This document shows, piece after piece, positions 41,203-53,941 of a DNA stretch of 64,000 nucleotides (position 1 is the first letter of the stretch; every line of letters starts with the position of its first letter). This stretch comes from an uncultured Rivularia sp. Lineage in GTDB: Bacteria; Cyanobacteriota; Cyanobacteriia; Cyanobacteriales; Nostocaceae. The position numbers were made by a program, and so were the translations under genes. The notes beneath the pieces were generated by a model. The model searched no databases and was not told the origin of the DNA. It saw only the letters and a list, made by a program, of their open reading frames with translations. The stretch is from contig OY762007.1 in NCBI GenBank assembly GCA_963665115.1, positions 1,472,001 through 1,536,000 on the forward strand. The letters are read 5' to 3'.

Positions 41203-42636
41203 TTAGGTGACTTCTTGAATATAAGAACAAATAGCTTGAGCATATACACTATTCATCCTTCGATTTGTTCCCGTTCTCATTTCTTCGCTAGCTTCTTGAA
41301 AAATTTCTTTATCAATATATAATTCAACTTGTTTAGTTAAATTTGCAATATAGTTTTCTGACGGTGGAATGTTAGTTAAACTTTTTTGTGTTGCTAGCTT
41401 TAAAATAGCTTCTAACATTAATTCTGTTGTTTTAGCACGTACTCCAGATAAAACTTCTCCTGGATTTAAAATTCGTTTTGCTTGATTCCAACTTGTCATT
41501 TTTAATATAGGAGCGATTTCTTTTAAAGTCATTGCATCATGATAGTAAAGCTGTAATCCCCAGATATATTTTTGAGCATAAGGTGCATAATTTCTGCTTT
41601 TTTGCAATCTTTGAATATTAGTCTCACACTGTTGCTTTATTGCTTTAGCTAAAGCTGAGTCAAGATGTTCTCGTAAAAATTGCAATAATTCTTGTTCTTC
41701 TATATTTATTTCATTAAAATCATCGGTATATAAATCAGACCTTGGAATGCTAGTATTACTTTGAGCATCGTATACATATAAATTTTCTCTATAAGTCCAG
41801 ATATCGTATCTTCTAAACAAAAGAGCAATTCGTTTGAGTGCTTCAAATAAGAGCAAAGTGGTACTAATCGAAACTTGCCGAGAACGTAAATAAACTAACA
41901 TCTCCTGTAATTGAGCAGAAGTTGGGTCGGGACACCTTCTAGAAACAGCACTGCGTGAGAGCTGTCTATCTCGACGATAAACAGCATGATAAGCTTCAAG
42001 TATATAGCGTTCTTGAAGCGACAAACGTTCAAGTTGCTCGGCTCTAGTTCGATTTAAAATAGCCCAATCACTAAGATGTTTTAAACCAAACTCAGACAAA
42101 ATTTTTTTTATTTGATAATTTCGTCTTGTTTGTAAATGTGCCCAATTATCCAAGCCCGTTCCTGATTGTAAATCAGCATTAAAAGTTTGTAGTATCTTTA
42201 GCGCAAAGCAATCAAATGTTGACTGCTTTAATTGATTATTTTGATCTACACTAAGTTGTGTTTTACCATCTTTATCCAAAACAATCAGATTTTTGCCATC
42301 ATCATTAAGAACAAAAGGTAATAAATCCCAATAACTAAATCGCTTTTCACCGCTATATAAATAATCTATTCTCTTACATTCAAGAAGTATTGCTTCAGAA
42401 ATATAACATCTAAGACAAAGACCTGCTTTAGCACGATCAAACAAATCAATATTGGGATTTTCGCCTTTAAACATAGATAATAAACTACTTTGAAGAGCAG
42501 TATTTTCGATATCAGCAAATTGGCTATTTACAAACTCTTGAGCCATTTCTACGTTGATTAGTTTATACCCTAATTTTCCCTGGGCAGGGTCGATTCGCCA
42601 AATTTTCCAGTATCTATCAGAAGTATTCATAGTCAC
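41203..42636 (-). CDS. Divergent sigma-70-like protein (partner of DUF1822)
   Basis: SDWAILN motif shared with 59115-60302 and a C-terminal HTH LYYHDAMTLKEIAPIL. It has the same gene order as the other pair. Confidence 0.6.
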   Translation of the reverse strand: MTMNTSDRYWKIWRIDPAQGKLGYKLINVEMAQEFVNSQFADIENTALQSSLLSMFKGENPNIDLFDRAKAGLCLRCYISEAILLECKRIDYLYSGEKRFSYWDLLPFVLNDDGKNLIVLDKDGKTQLSVDQNNQLKQSTFDCFALKILQTFNADLQSGTGLDNWAHLQTRRNYQIKKILSEFGLKHLSDWAILNRTRAEQLERLSLQERYILEAYHAVYRRDRQLSRSAVSRRCPDPTSAQLQEMLVYLRSRQVSISTTLLLFEALKRIALLFRRYDIWTYRENLYVYDAQSNTSIPRSDLYTDDFNEINIEEQELLQFLREHLDSALAKAIKQQCETNIQRLQKSRNYAPYAQKYIWGLQLYYHDAMTLKEIAPILKMTSWNQAKRILNPGEVLSGVRAKTTELMLEAILKLATQKSLTNIPPSENYIANLTKQVELYIDKEIFQEASEEMRTGTNRRMNSVYAQAICSYIQEVT

Positions 42637-42859
42637 TGAATCATATATACCAATTTACCTGACGCTACTTAGATATTTATCAAAAAGACATAGGATTATC
42701 TCAAGTAATTTTTAGATGAGATAAACTTTAAAGCCACGGGAGAGCGAAAGTTTATCTCTCTTCTTTTTTAATTGGTATTAGGGTTATGATTTTATTCAAC
42801 GTCAGTAAAGTGCATAATTTGATATTGCCAGCACCTATATATCTATATAATTAAATAAT

Positions 42860-43028
42860 TGGCGTTGCTGAATCTGAGTATGAATTTATTTTTTCCTTCA
42901 TAGTGATGCCCCCTAAATCCCCCAAAGAAGCGGGGACTTTCAATTATCTTGTTCCCCCATAATTGGGGGCTAGGGGGCAATTCATACTTTTATATGGCTA
43001 ACGCCAAGCTGCGCTAACAGCAACGCCA
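42860..43028. repeat. MITE-like CCCCCTAAATCCCCC element, copy 1
   Basis: TGGCGTTGCTGAAT...CAGCAACGCCA termini enclosing a CCCCC/GGGGG hairpin core. Confidence 0.7.
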
Positions 43029-43080
43029 AATAATTAAATCAAATCAGCAGTTAAATTCCTTTAATGGGAAGGTTTAAGTA

Positions 43081-46000
43081 ATGTGGAGTTATTCATGTTT
43101 TGCTACTGTAATTGGAAGTGTGATGACTGCAATAGTGGGGCTGAGTACACTATGTATAGATAGCTCGGTTGCTCAAGTTACTCCGGATAATACTCTTCTT
43201 AATAATTCTCAGGTTAATCGAGTTAATAAAAGTTTGAATATCTCCGGAGGAACTTCTTCGGGAGCAAATCTATTCCATAGCTTCAAGGATTTTTCGGTTC
43301 CTACAGGTTGGGAAGCAGTTTTTCAGAATAATGCAGATATTCAAAATATTTTTACAAGAGTCACTGGTAGTTCAATTTCTCAAATAGATGGTTTAATCAA
43401 GGCTAACGGTAGCGCGAACCTTTTTTTGATGAATCCCAATGGAATTGTATTTGGCGAAAATGCTTCATTAAATATTGGCGGTTCTTTTATTGGCACATCT
43501 GCTGAAAGTATGAAATTTAGTGATGGAAGTGAATTTAGTGCAATAAATCCTCAAGCACCACCATTGTTGAAGGTTAATATTACTCCTGGTTTGCAGTATG
43601 GAACAAGTCAGCCAGGAGCAACTATTAGCAATAACGGAAATTTAACATCACAGCAAGACTTGAAATTAGTAGCTGACAAACTCGATCTACAGGGAGAATT
43701 AAAAGCAGGAAGGGATTTGACGTTACAAGCACAAGATACTGTGAAAGTACGTGACAGTGTGACGACTCCGTTTTTAGCTCAAGCAGGTGGTAATTTAACG
43801 ATTCAAGGAAATCAAGGAATTGATATTTTAGCGCTTAATCACCCAAGTCAGTCACCGTTTGTGAGTGGGGGAAATTTAAGCTTAATTAGCGATGGAATTA
43901 TTTCTGGGGATGCTCGTTTTGCTAGTGGTGGAAATTTCTCGCTTGGGAGTGTATCGGGAAAGGTAGCAAATTTTGTTAGCAAATATGACCCCATAATCAG
44001 TAGTAATGGTGATGTGGATATTGCAGCTAACTATACAGGTGCATCTTTATTGGTTGAAAGTAAAGGAAATATTCGTTTTGGGGGTGATATAAATATTACT
44101 AGTCCGGATACTAGTAATTTACCTACGGGACAAGATACCGCAACTTTAAGTAATAGTACGGCGTTGATTGTACGTTCTGGGCAGAATACTTTGGCTTATG
44201 GAGGTGTTAATTCTGGTTCTGTAGCTGGATTTATGAGTGGAACCGTTACCCAGGGAATTACCATAGATGGAAATGTTTTTTTACAACCGTTTAATGGTGC
44301 TGGGGGGATAGTTGACTTATCGGCAGCGTTAGGGAATGTAACTGTTAAAGGAATCACAACTAATGGGGGTGAAATTAACATCAAAGCTGATAATGGTAGT
44401 ATTACCACAGGCATTTTAAATTCTTCCTCACTATCTAATTCCGACAGCAATCGAAAGGGTGGTGATATTACATTAAGCGCTAAAGGCAGCATTAACACTG
44501 GTAGTTTGTTCTCTGCTTCATTCTCTGGTTCTGATAATGCTGGAAATGGCGGTGCAATTAATCTTGAAAGCTCTGATAGTATCAACATCGCTGACACTTG
44601 GAACTCTCAACCTGGAGCTTTTGTAAGTGGTGCCTTGAATTCTTCATCATTCTCTCCTAATAACATAGCGGAAAAAGGCGGTGAAATTAACCTGGTTGCT
44701 AGCAATGGTATCAATATCACTGGTAATTCTTATGCTTACTCGCTGTCTTTTGAAGGCATCGCAGGAGATGGAGGTGATATTCGCCTTGAATCTAAAAATG
44801 GTATTATTACGGCTGGTAATTTAAACGCTAACTCCAGCTCTTATTCTGGCACATCTGGAAATGGCGGCGCGATCGCCTTAACTGCCGATGCCAACATTAC
44901 CACGGCTGGTATCAACTCAGAAGCATTAGGTAGTGGCAATGGTGGAGATATTACTCTTGCAAGTAATGCAGGAGCTATTGATACCACTAGAGGTACAGTT
45001 ACATCTCAAATTAAGAATAATTTAGTTAATAATCGCCGTGCAGGAAATATCTTTTTTAGAGCCAAAGGAGATATTCAAACCGCTAAAGTTAATGCATCCG
45101 CTGGAGAATTGAAGGAAAATTTTGGTAATGGTGGTGATATTAACTTAAAAGCTGACGGTAATATTACTTTGGGTACAGATGCTTCTATTTTTTCCGATGG
45201 CTTACTTGGAGGTAATATCACCTTTAATAGCAATGGTGACATCTCAATAACAGGTACTGCTACTGTTGAGCAGTTAAAAGGAATAGAGGAACGAGAAAAA
45301 GTGACTAATATCAGGAGCAGCAGTTTCTACTAATATTAGTTCTGAGGAGGCTAACGGTGGCGCAATTACTATTAACGGGGACTCTATTTTTATAAACAAC
45401 AGTCGAATCAACGGAGTAACTTATGGTAAAGCCAATGTTGGTTCAATTAACCTAAATGCTAATTCGCGCTTGCAATTAGAAACTAGCCATGTAGCTGGTG
45501 AAAATTTTGGTCAAGGTAATGTTGCTCCAATCAAAGTCAATGGTAGTCCGATTGTACTTAGGAATAGTAGCATTAACGGAATAAATTGGGGAAAAGGTAG
45601 TGTAGGTTCAATCAGCGTGACTGGTGGTGAAAAGTTTGAGCTTGAAAATAGCAGTATCTTTAATACGGATGTAAATAGTGGAAATGGAGTTGGAACAGTT
45701 ACGGTAACTGCTGAGTCAGTTGTGATGAAGAATAGGGGTAGTGTTAGCAGCCGGGGCAATAATCAAGGTAATGCGGGAGTTACAATCGCTGCAACCAATG
45801 GCTCAGTTGAAATTAATGATGGAAGTGTTACAGCAGATCGAGGCAACAAACCACTCAATATCACCGCTACTGATTCTGTCTCAATTACCAACAATAGCTA
45901 CATTGACACTCGTAGCTTTAATAGAGGTGGAGCAATTAACATAACCGCTAACTCGGTTTTGGTTGATAACTCCAGGATACGTAGTGGTGATAGCAGGCAG

Positions 46001-47408
46001 GGGGGTGGTTCGATAACCATTGATGCGGTTGATTCAATTAAAATTGCAAATAATAGCAAACTTACCAGCCGAACCTTTGGTAGAGGTGACTCAGGAGATA
46101 TTACGCTAGATGCTGATGCGATCTCACTACTAGATAGCGTAATCGATAGCAAAACTTTAGATGAAGGTAATGCTGGGCAAACTAAAATAACCGCTAATCG
46201 CTTCCTAGCTGATAATAGTGAAATTCTGACAACAGTAGGTGTTGATAGTGATGATAGAGCAGTCGGAAATGGTGGTAATATTAATATCACTACAGCTTTA
46301 TTTTCTGCTATTAATGGTACTGCTCTGCGTTCAAGTACCCTTAGAGAAGGAAATGCTGGTAATGTAAAAATTACTGCTCCTGATGGTGTCTTATTTAGTA
46401 GTGGAAGTAGTGTATTCAGCGAGGTAGAACAGACTGCGAGGGGGAATGGAGGTAATATTGATATTATTACCGACTCGCTTTCTCTCAATCAAAATGCTCA
46501 ACTGAGTTCTAGTACTTCTGGACTTGGTAAAGCAGGAGATATAAATTTAATAACTAAAACTCTTACTCTTGAAAGTGGAGGTAAAGTCTCCGCTACAGCG
46601 ACTGAAACCGCTAGCCAAGGAAAAGCTGGTGCATTAACAGTTAATGCTAATTCAATATTATTAGACAACCAAGGACAAATTCGTGCCGATACAACTGGAG
46701 GAGGTGGAGACGTTTTTGTTAACTCTCCTCTTTTAGTATTACGTCGTGGTAGCAGTATAACTACTAATGCCAGTGGTGAAAATATTACTGGCGGTAATAT
46801 TACAATTGATGGCGAAAATGGTTTTATCATTGCCCTTCCCTGGGAAAATAGCGATATCCGTGCAGATTCTCAAAACTTCCGTGGTGGGAATGTGACAATT
46901 AAAAATACTGCTGGTATTTATGGTATTCAGTCAAGAAAAGAACCATTGCCAAATTCAAGCGATATTACTGCAAAAGGAGCAACCCCAGATTTAAGTGGCA
47001 ATATACAAGTTAATCCACCAGAATTAGACCCCAACAACGGTTTAATAGAACTTCCCGTTAATCTTGTTGATGCTTCCAATCAAATATCCAACGCTTGTAC
47101 TCCCGGAGGTTCGCAATTTGATAACGAATTTGTGGTAACTGGGAGGGGTGGTTTACCAATGAGTCCGACGGAAATATTACAAGAAACTAATACTTTGTCT
47201 AGTTTCTTGGGTGAGATTAGGAATAACTGATGGGGATTTGGTCACGGATGGAAATTCACGTGAAAATAAAGTTAAGAAAAGAAGTCAAATTGTTGAAGCT
47301 ACTGGTTGGGTAGTTGATAAGGGTGGGAATATCGAGTTTGTTGCTCAAACCAATCGAGTTAATCCCCAAAGTAAAAAGCAAACTGCTTCTTGTAATGTAT
47401 CTAAGTGA
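43081..47408 (+). CDS. TpsA/FHA exoprotein, tail class B, with two +1 frameshifts (about 45325 and 47204)
   Basis: ORFs 43081-45333, 45470-47230 and 47211-47408 join on removing one T at each site. Tail reads [14 protein letters not shown]...IVEATGW...C. Confidence 0.88.
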
Positions 47409-47471
47409 AACACAAAAATATCAAAAATCTCTTTCAGCTGCTTTTTATTCCCTACTTCCTAAATTAATGAA

Positions 47472-50115
47472 ATGGCAAAATTTCAGGATCTCAAACATTT
47501 CTCAAAATTTACTGCTAAAAATATCATTCTATTTACTCTTGCTTTTTTATTAACTATTACTCCTAGCACTTTCGCTAAACAACCAGAATCAATTTTTTTA
47601 GGTCAAACTCAAACAATCAAATTCGCAGCTACCAATCCAGAGCAACTTCTCGAACAAGGAGAAGCACAATATCTGCAAGGAAACTTTAAAAGTGCGATCG
47701 CCATTCTTCAACAAGCTGCAAAGATATTTCAACGAGACAATAATAACCTGGGACAAGCCGCAGCGCTGACTAATCTTTCTACGGTTTATCAGAAACTTGG
47801 TAATTGGGAAGAAGCTAATGCAGTTATCAATCAAAGTTTAAATTTACTTGGTTGGGATAATTCTTTTTCGGAGCCGAATATTAACAAGAGCAATTCTGTA
47901 TTGTGGGAAGTTATGGCACAAACTCTCGAACTTCGGGCTGGATTATTACTAAAACAAGGAAAGCCTTCGGAATCTTTTGATATATCGCAGCATTCAGAGC
48001 AAATCTATCAGAAATTAAATAATAGTACGGGAGTAACGCGCAGTCTTATCAACCAAGCACAAGCTTTACGAGTTTCTGGTTTTTATCGTCGCAGCTTAAA
48101 TATATTAAAGCAGGTATCTCAAAATTTACAGGCTCAACCTGACTCCCCCGTTAAAGTCGCAGCCCTACGAACTCTGGGAAATACTCACCAACAATTAGGT
48201 AATTTAGAAGAATCCCAGAAAGTTTTACTACAAAGCTTAGAAATTGCTCGTCGTCTGCAATCACCCTCTGAAATAGCTTTAACACAATTTAGTCTCGGTA
48301 ATACTGCTAGGTCATTAGGTAATAGCGATCAATATAAACAAACTGCAATTAATTATTATCAAAAAGCTGCTCAAATTGCACCGAATCCTCTAACAAAAAT
48401 TCAAGCTCAAATCAATCAATTCAGTTTGATGGTTGAGAAGGGAGATTTAACACGAGCGAAAACATTAGTACCAATAATCCAATCTCAATTATCTAACTTA
48501 CCAGAAAATCAAATTGGTATTTATGCACGGATAAATTTTGCTCGCACTTTAATTAAAGCTAAAATTAGCAGTAAAAAAGATATTGCCAAGATTTTAGCAA
48601 CAAGCTTACAGCAAGCTAAAAATATAGGTGACGAGCGTGCCCAATCTTATGCTAATGGTAGCTTAGGAGAACTTTACGAACAAAACAATCAGTTAGAAGA
48701 AGCACGGAATTTAACTCAAAAAGCTTTATTTATTGCTCAAAAAAATGATGCTTCCGATATAGCTTATCTTTGGGAATGGCAGTTAGGACGATTGCTAAAA
48801 GCACAAAGCAATATTTCAGCAGCGATATCTGCATATGATAGCGCAGTTGCAACCCTTGATTCTCTTCGCAGTGATTTAACAGCAGTTAACCGAGAAGTAC
48901 AGTTTAATTTTCGCGATACCGTAGAACCGATTTATCGTCAGTCAGTAGAACTACTTTTACAGCCCAAAAGTGGAGCGAAACCCGATTTAGATAAAGTACG
49001 TAAGCGAATAGAAGCTTTACAATTAGCAGAACTAGATAATTATTTTCGAGAAGCTTGTTTAAACAATCAATTTGTTGTACTCGATGAAGTTGTAGACCGC
49101 GATAATATTAATACTGCCATCTTTTATCCAATTATTTTAGACGAACGATTAGAAATTATTCTGAAGCTTCCTAATAAAAAATTAATACATAAAACTTCTA
49201 CCATTAGCAGTAAAAAATTAGAGAAATTGATTGTACAAATGCGAGAACAAATAGTTGAACCCGATAGAATTTCACAGCTTCAACAAGCTTCCGTAGCTCT
49301 TTATAACTTATTGATTCAACCAGTAGAAACTGAGTTGAAAAATAGTAAAATTAAAACTTTGGTGTTTATCCCCGATGGTTCGCTGCGAAATATTCCAATG
49401 GCTGCACTGTACGATGGTGAAAAGTATTTAGTGCAAAAGTATGCTATTGCTATTAGTCCGGGATTACAGTTATTTACTCCCAAATCTTTAGCAAGACAAG
49501 AACTAACTGCTCTTGCTGGTGGATTATCAGAAATACCCAAAAGCGAAAAAGATAAATTTGCAGCACTTCCTAATGTTGTACAAGAGTTAAAATCAATTAA
49601 AGAATCAGGAGTATCAACGGTCACGCTATTTAATGACCAATTTACAAGTATTATTTTAGAAGAAAAAATCAACGCCAAACCTTTCGAGGGTCGTTCACCT
49701 TGCCACTCACGGACAGTTTAGCTCAAACCCAAATGAGACTTTTATATTAGCATCAGATAAACGTATTAAAGTTGGCGAATTAGACAATTTGCTCAAAAGT
49801 CGAGAGCAAAAACGAACACAACCAATCGAACTGCTTGTTTTAAGCGCTTGCGAAACAGCATCAGGAGATAACCGTGCTGCTTTGGGATTAGCAGGAGTAG
49901 CTTTAAGTGCGGGTGCAAGAAGTACTTTAGCTTCTTTATGGCAGATTGGAGATAATTCCACAGCTAGTTTTATTGATGAATTTTACCGTCAGTTAATGAC
50001 TGGTAAAACCACCGCAGAAGCTTTAAGAGAAGCTCAAGTGAAAATGCTTGCAACTCCAGAATACAGTCTTCCCATGTACTGGGCACCTTATGTTCTAGTT
50101 GGTAATTGGCTATAG
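47472..50115 (+). CDS. Exported TPR-CHAT protease, +1 frameshift near 49688-49690
   Basis: Signal peptide and TPRs. The corrected frame gives VVHLATHGQFS, then LSACET and WAPYVLVGNWL. Confidence 0.9.
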
Positions 50116-50129
50116 AAATTTATATTTAT

Positions 50130-50314
50130 GGGCATTGCTGAATAAAGATATGAACTCCTAATTGGTATCTAACAACAGCCCCCTAAATCCCCCAATTTTG
50201 GGGGACTTTAAGATATATTTCTCCCCCAGAATTGGGGGTTGGGGGGCTTTAAGATATATTTCTCCCCCAGAATTGGGGGTTGGGGGGCTATTCATATTTT
50301 GATTAAGCAACGCC
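50130..50314. repeat. MITE-like element copy 2, with two tandem 41-bp units
   Basis: (TTTAAGATATATTTCTCCCCCAGAATTGGGGGTTGGGGGGC)x2 between GGCATTGCTGAAT and AAGCAACGCC. Confidence 0.8.
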
Positions 50315-50468
50315 TATTTATAGATACTCGCGAGTATATTGTCAACAAAAAAATCATTCTCTCCCCTCTTCCCCCTACCTATTTTCAGCAATAATTTTTT
50401 GTGAAAGTGAATAACTAGATTTTCCTCGTACCTATATAGTTAATAGAAGATTCCATGCTAAATTTCCT

Positions 50469-53400
50469 GTGAAAGCGGAGAGAGCAATGTCTAGCAAAAG
50501 ATTTGTATTGGAAATAGCAATTGTAGTTGGGAGTCTATTCGCTTTTTATGCAAATAGTGCGATCGCTCAAATAACTCCCGATGCAACTCTACCAAATAAT
50601 ACCAATGTAAATGAAAATCTAGTTGACAAAACCTTCAACATCACCGGAGGAAGCGCTTCGGGAGGAAATTTATTCCATAGCTTCAAGGAATTTTCGGTTC
50701 CCACTGATTCGACAGCATTTTTTGATAACCGTGCAGATATTCAAAATATTATTAACCGAGTTACGGGTAGTTCGATTTCTAATATTGATGGTTTAATCAA
50801 AGCTAACGGTAGCGCGAACCTATTTTTAATTAATCCCAATGGAATTGTATTTGGTGAAAATGCGCGGTTGGATATTGGTGGTTCTTTTATTGGCACATCT
50901 GCCGAAAGTATGAAATTTAGTGATGGTTCTGAATTTAGTGCGGTAAATCCTCAATCTGAACCTTTGTTAACAGTAAGTGTTCCTTTGGGTTTGCAATTTG
51001 GGACAAATCCCGGTTCGATTCAGGTACGAGGAAACGGTGAAGGAGCAAGAGATTTTGATTCTCCGATTATTGAAATTATTGATACACAAGATGCATTGCG
51101 GGTAGAAGCCGACAAAACTTTAGCCTTGGTTGGTGGAGATATTAACTTAGAAGGAGCAACGCTGAAAACTGCTGGGGGAAGAATAGAATTAGGTAGTGTC
51201 GGGGAAAATAGTTTAGTTAATCTAGTGCCTACCAATAAAGGTTTTGTTTTGGATTATGGTGGTGTAGCAAATTTTCGAGAGATTCAATTATCCCAGCAAG
51301 CGAATATCGATGCAAGCGGAGAAGGTGCTGGGGATATTCAAGTGCAAGGTAAACGTATCACCCTTACGGATGGTTCGTGGATAGAGACAAGCACTTTGGG
51401 AGCAAAGCCGGGAGGAGATTTAGTCGTTAATGCAACTGAGTCAGTAGAAATAATTTCTCAAAGCGCCTTGTTTGCTAATGTTTATCCAGGCTCAACTGGG
51501 GATGCAGGAAATTTAAAAATTGAAACTGCTCAGTTACTTGTACGAGATGGGGGACAAATAAATGCTAGTACATTTGGTAGCGGCAAAGGTGGAAATTTGA
51601 ATGTCACCGCCACCGAAACTATAGAAGTTATTGGTACCTCTGCTGACGGTAAGTTTCGCAGTGGTTTGTTTGCTCAAACTCAGGGTTCAGAGGATGCAGG
51701 AGATTTAACAATTGAAACTGCTCGGTTACTTCTAGAAGATGGGGCACAAATAGGTGTTGGTACATTTGGTAGCGGCAAAGGTGGAAATTTGAATGTCACT
51801 GCTACCGAAAATATAGAAGTTATTGGTAGGTCTGCCGATGGTCTGTTTCCCAGTGGTTTGTTTGCTTCATCGGAGTCAGGCTCAACCAGTGATGCAGGAG
51901 ATTTAACAATTGAAACTGCTCAGTTACTTGTACGAGATGGGGCACGAATAAGTGTTAGTACAACGGGTGAAGGTAAAGGTGGAAATTTGAATGTCACCGC
52001 TACCGAAACTATAGAAGTTATTGGTGAGTCTGATGATGGTAAGTTTAGCAGTGGTTTGCTTGCTCGATCTGTTCGGGGTTCAACCAGGGGACGCGGGAGA
52101 TGCAGGAAATTTAACAATTAAAACTGCTCAGTTACTTGTACGAGATGGGGCAATAATAGATGCAGGTACATTTGGTAGCGGCAAAGGTGGAAATTTGAAT
52201 GTCACCGCCGCCGATACTATAGAAGTTATTGGTACCTCCGCTGATGGTAACTTTCCGAGTAGTTTGTTTACTTCGTCTGCGGGTTCAGGAGATGCTGGAG
52301 ATTTAACAATTGAAACTGCTCAGTTACTTGTACGAGATGGGGCGCAAATAGGTGCTAGTACATTTGGTAGCGGCAGGGGTGGAAATTTGAATGTCACCGC
52401 CACCGATACTATAGAAGTTATTAGTCAGTCTGCTAACGGCAATTTTGCCAGTGGTTTGTTTGCTCAAACTCAGGGTTCAGAGGATGCAGGAGATTTAACA
52501 ATTGAAACTGCTCGGTTACTTCTAGAAGATGGGGCACAAATAGGTGCTGGTACATTTGGTAGCGGCAAAGGTGGAAATTTGAATGTCACCGCCACCGATA
52601 CTATAAAAGTTATTGGTACCTCTGCTGATGGTCAGTTTGCCAGTGGTTTGTTTGCTTCATCTGAGTCAGGCTCAACGGGGGATGCAGGAGATTTAAATGT
52701 AAATAGCAATACTTTGTTAATCAATCAAGGAAAAGTATCTGTTGAAAGCAATGGGGCAGGAAATGCCGGGGATCTTAACATCAATGCTAACTCCCTGCGC
52801 TTAGATAATAACGCCATAGTTTCCGCAAATACCCAAAGTGTAAATAAAGACCCTAGTAATCCCCAGGCAAATATTAATATCAACTCACGAGATTTAATCC
52901 TACGTCGGAACAGTAACATTACCACTAACGCCACAAAAGAAAACGTCATCGGTGGCAATATTAATATTGATGCTGGAGCAATAGGGGTTTTTGAACAAAG
53001 CCGCATCAGCGCCAACTCCAGCAACTTTCGTGGTGGTCGAGTCACAATCAATACCCAAGGTTTATTTGGCACGCAGCTTTGGTATCCAGAAACTCTCAAA
53101 GGTTTTATCACCGCTACAGGAGCAACACCCCTATTAAGCGGTGAGGTGCAAGTCAACACGCAAATAGACCCCAGTAGCGGCTTAATAGAACTCCCAGTTA
53201 ATCTAGTTGATGCTGCCAACCAAATATCTAATGCTTGCACTCCTGGAGGTAGTCAATTTGATAACGAATTTTCAATTACAGGAAGAGGTGGTTTACCCAT
53301 AAGTCCCACCGAACCTTTGCAAGAAACTAATACTTTGCAAGCTTGGGTAAAATTAAAACCACAAACAACAAATACAACTATTAAACTGCGACCAAGAACA

Positions 53401-53559
53401 ACTAGTAATAACAATAAAGTTACTCAAATCAAACAAATTGTCGAAGCTACTGGTTGGATAGTTGATAAAGATGGAAATATCGAATTTGTTGCAGATGCAA
53501 ATCGAGTTAATCCCCGCAATCACAGCCAAACTCCCGCTGATTGCAAGGTGTCTGGATGA
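50469..53559 (+). CDS. TpsA/FHA exoprotein, tail class B, +1 frameshift near 52085-52090
   Basis: TPS domain, six repeats of about 65 aa (DAGDLTIETAQLL...SGLFA) and a class B tail. Confidence 0.9.
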
Positions 53560-53581
53560 TATTAGCGGATTATTGTAATCT

Positions 53582-53683
53582 ATAGCAATCCTAGATGAGT
53601 CGTGGAAAAGGTAGGTGCCAGAAACCCGGTTTTTCCAAAAAAACCGGGTTTCTAAAATCTCACAAATGATTTAGGAATGCAAT
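53582..53683. repeat. Short MITE-like element with a strong internal hairpin (possible terminator)
   Basis: ATAGCAATCCTAGATGAGTCGTG...CACAAATGATTTAGGAATGCAAT ends around AGAAACCCGGTTTTT-CCAA-AAAAACCGGGTTTCT. Confidence 0.6.
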
Positions 53684-53740
53684 ATATTTGATTACCTCAG
53701 AGTTTTTTTAATTTTGGATATTAAAGGATATTTGTAAAGT

Positions 53741-53938
53741 CTAAATCCTCTTAGACAGAAATTTTAAATAAGTCGCAGTTGCCTCCTTTGAATTTTCGAT
53801 TAGTAGCAAATGTCCAGCCTTTGGTAATCGGATGACTTGGGTTCGGGGAATACAGCGTTGCAATCGAGAGGCTCCACTAATGTCATAGATTTTATCTTCT
53901 GTACCCCAAATCGCAAGGGTGGGAAGTTGAGGCGATCG
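53741..53938 (-). pseudogene. C-terminal fragment of an alpha/beta hydrolase
   Basis: Manual translation: QLPTLAIWGTEDKIYDISGASRLQRCIPRTQVIRLPKAGHLLLIENSKEATATYLKFLSKRI* (Asp and His motifs). No start codon. Confidence 0.75.
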
Positions 53939-53941
53939 CCT

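Noticed and set aside
9549..53240. Many antisense ORFs inside tpsA genes (LPAFP/ISPP-rich)
   Set aside because: They are shadow frames of Gly/Asn/Ile repeat codons.
9235..53559. TpsA genes as CDI toxins or DGR targets
   Set aside because: The C-termini are conserved, with no VENN-type motif or immunity genes. There is no reverse transcriptase and no adenine-specific repeat pair.
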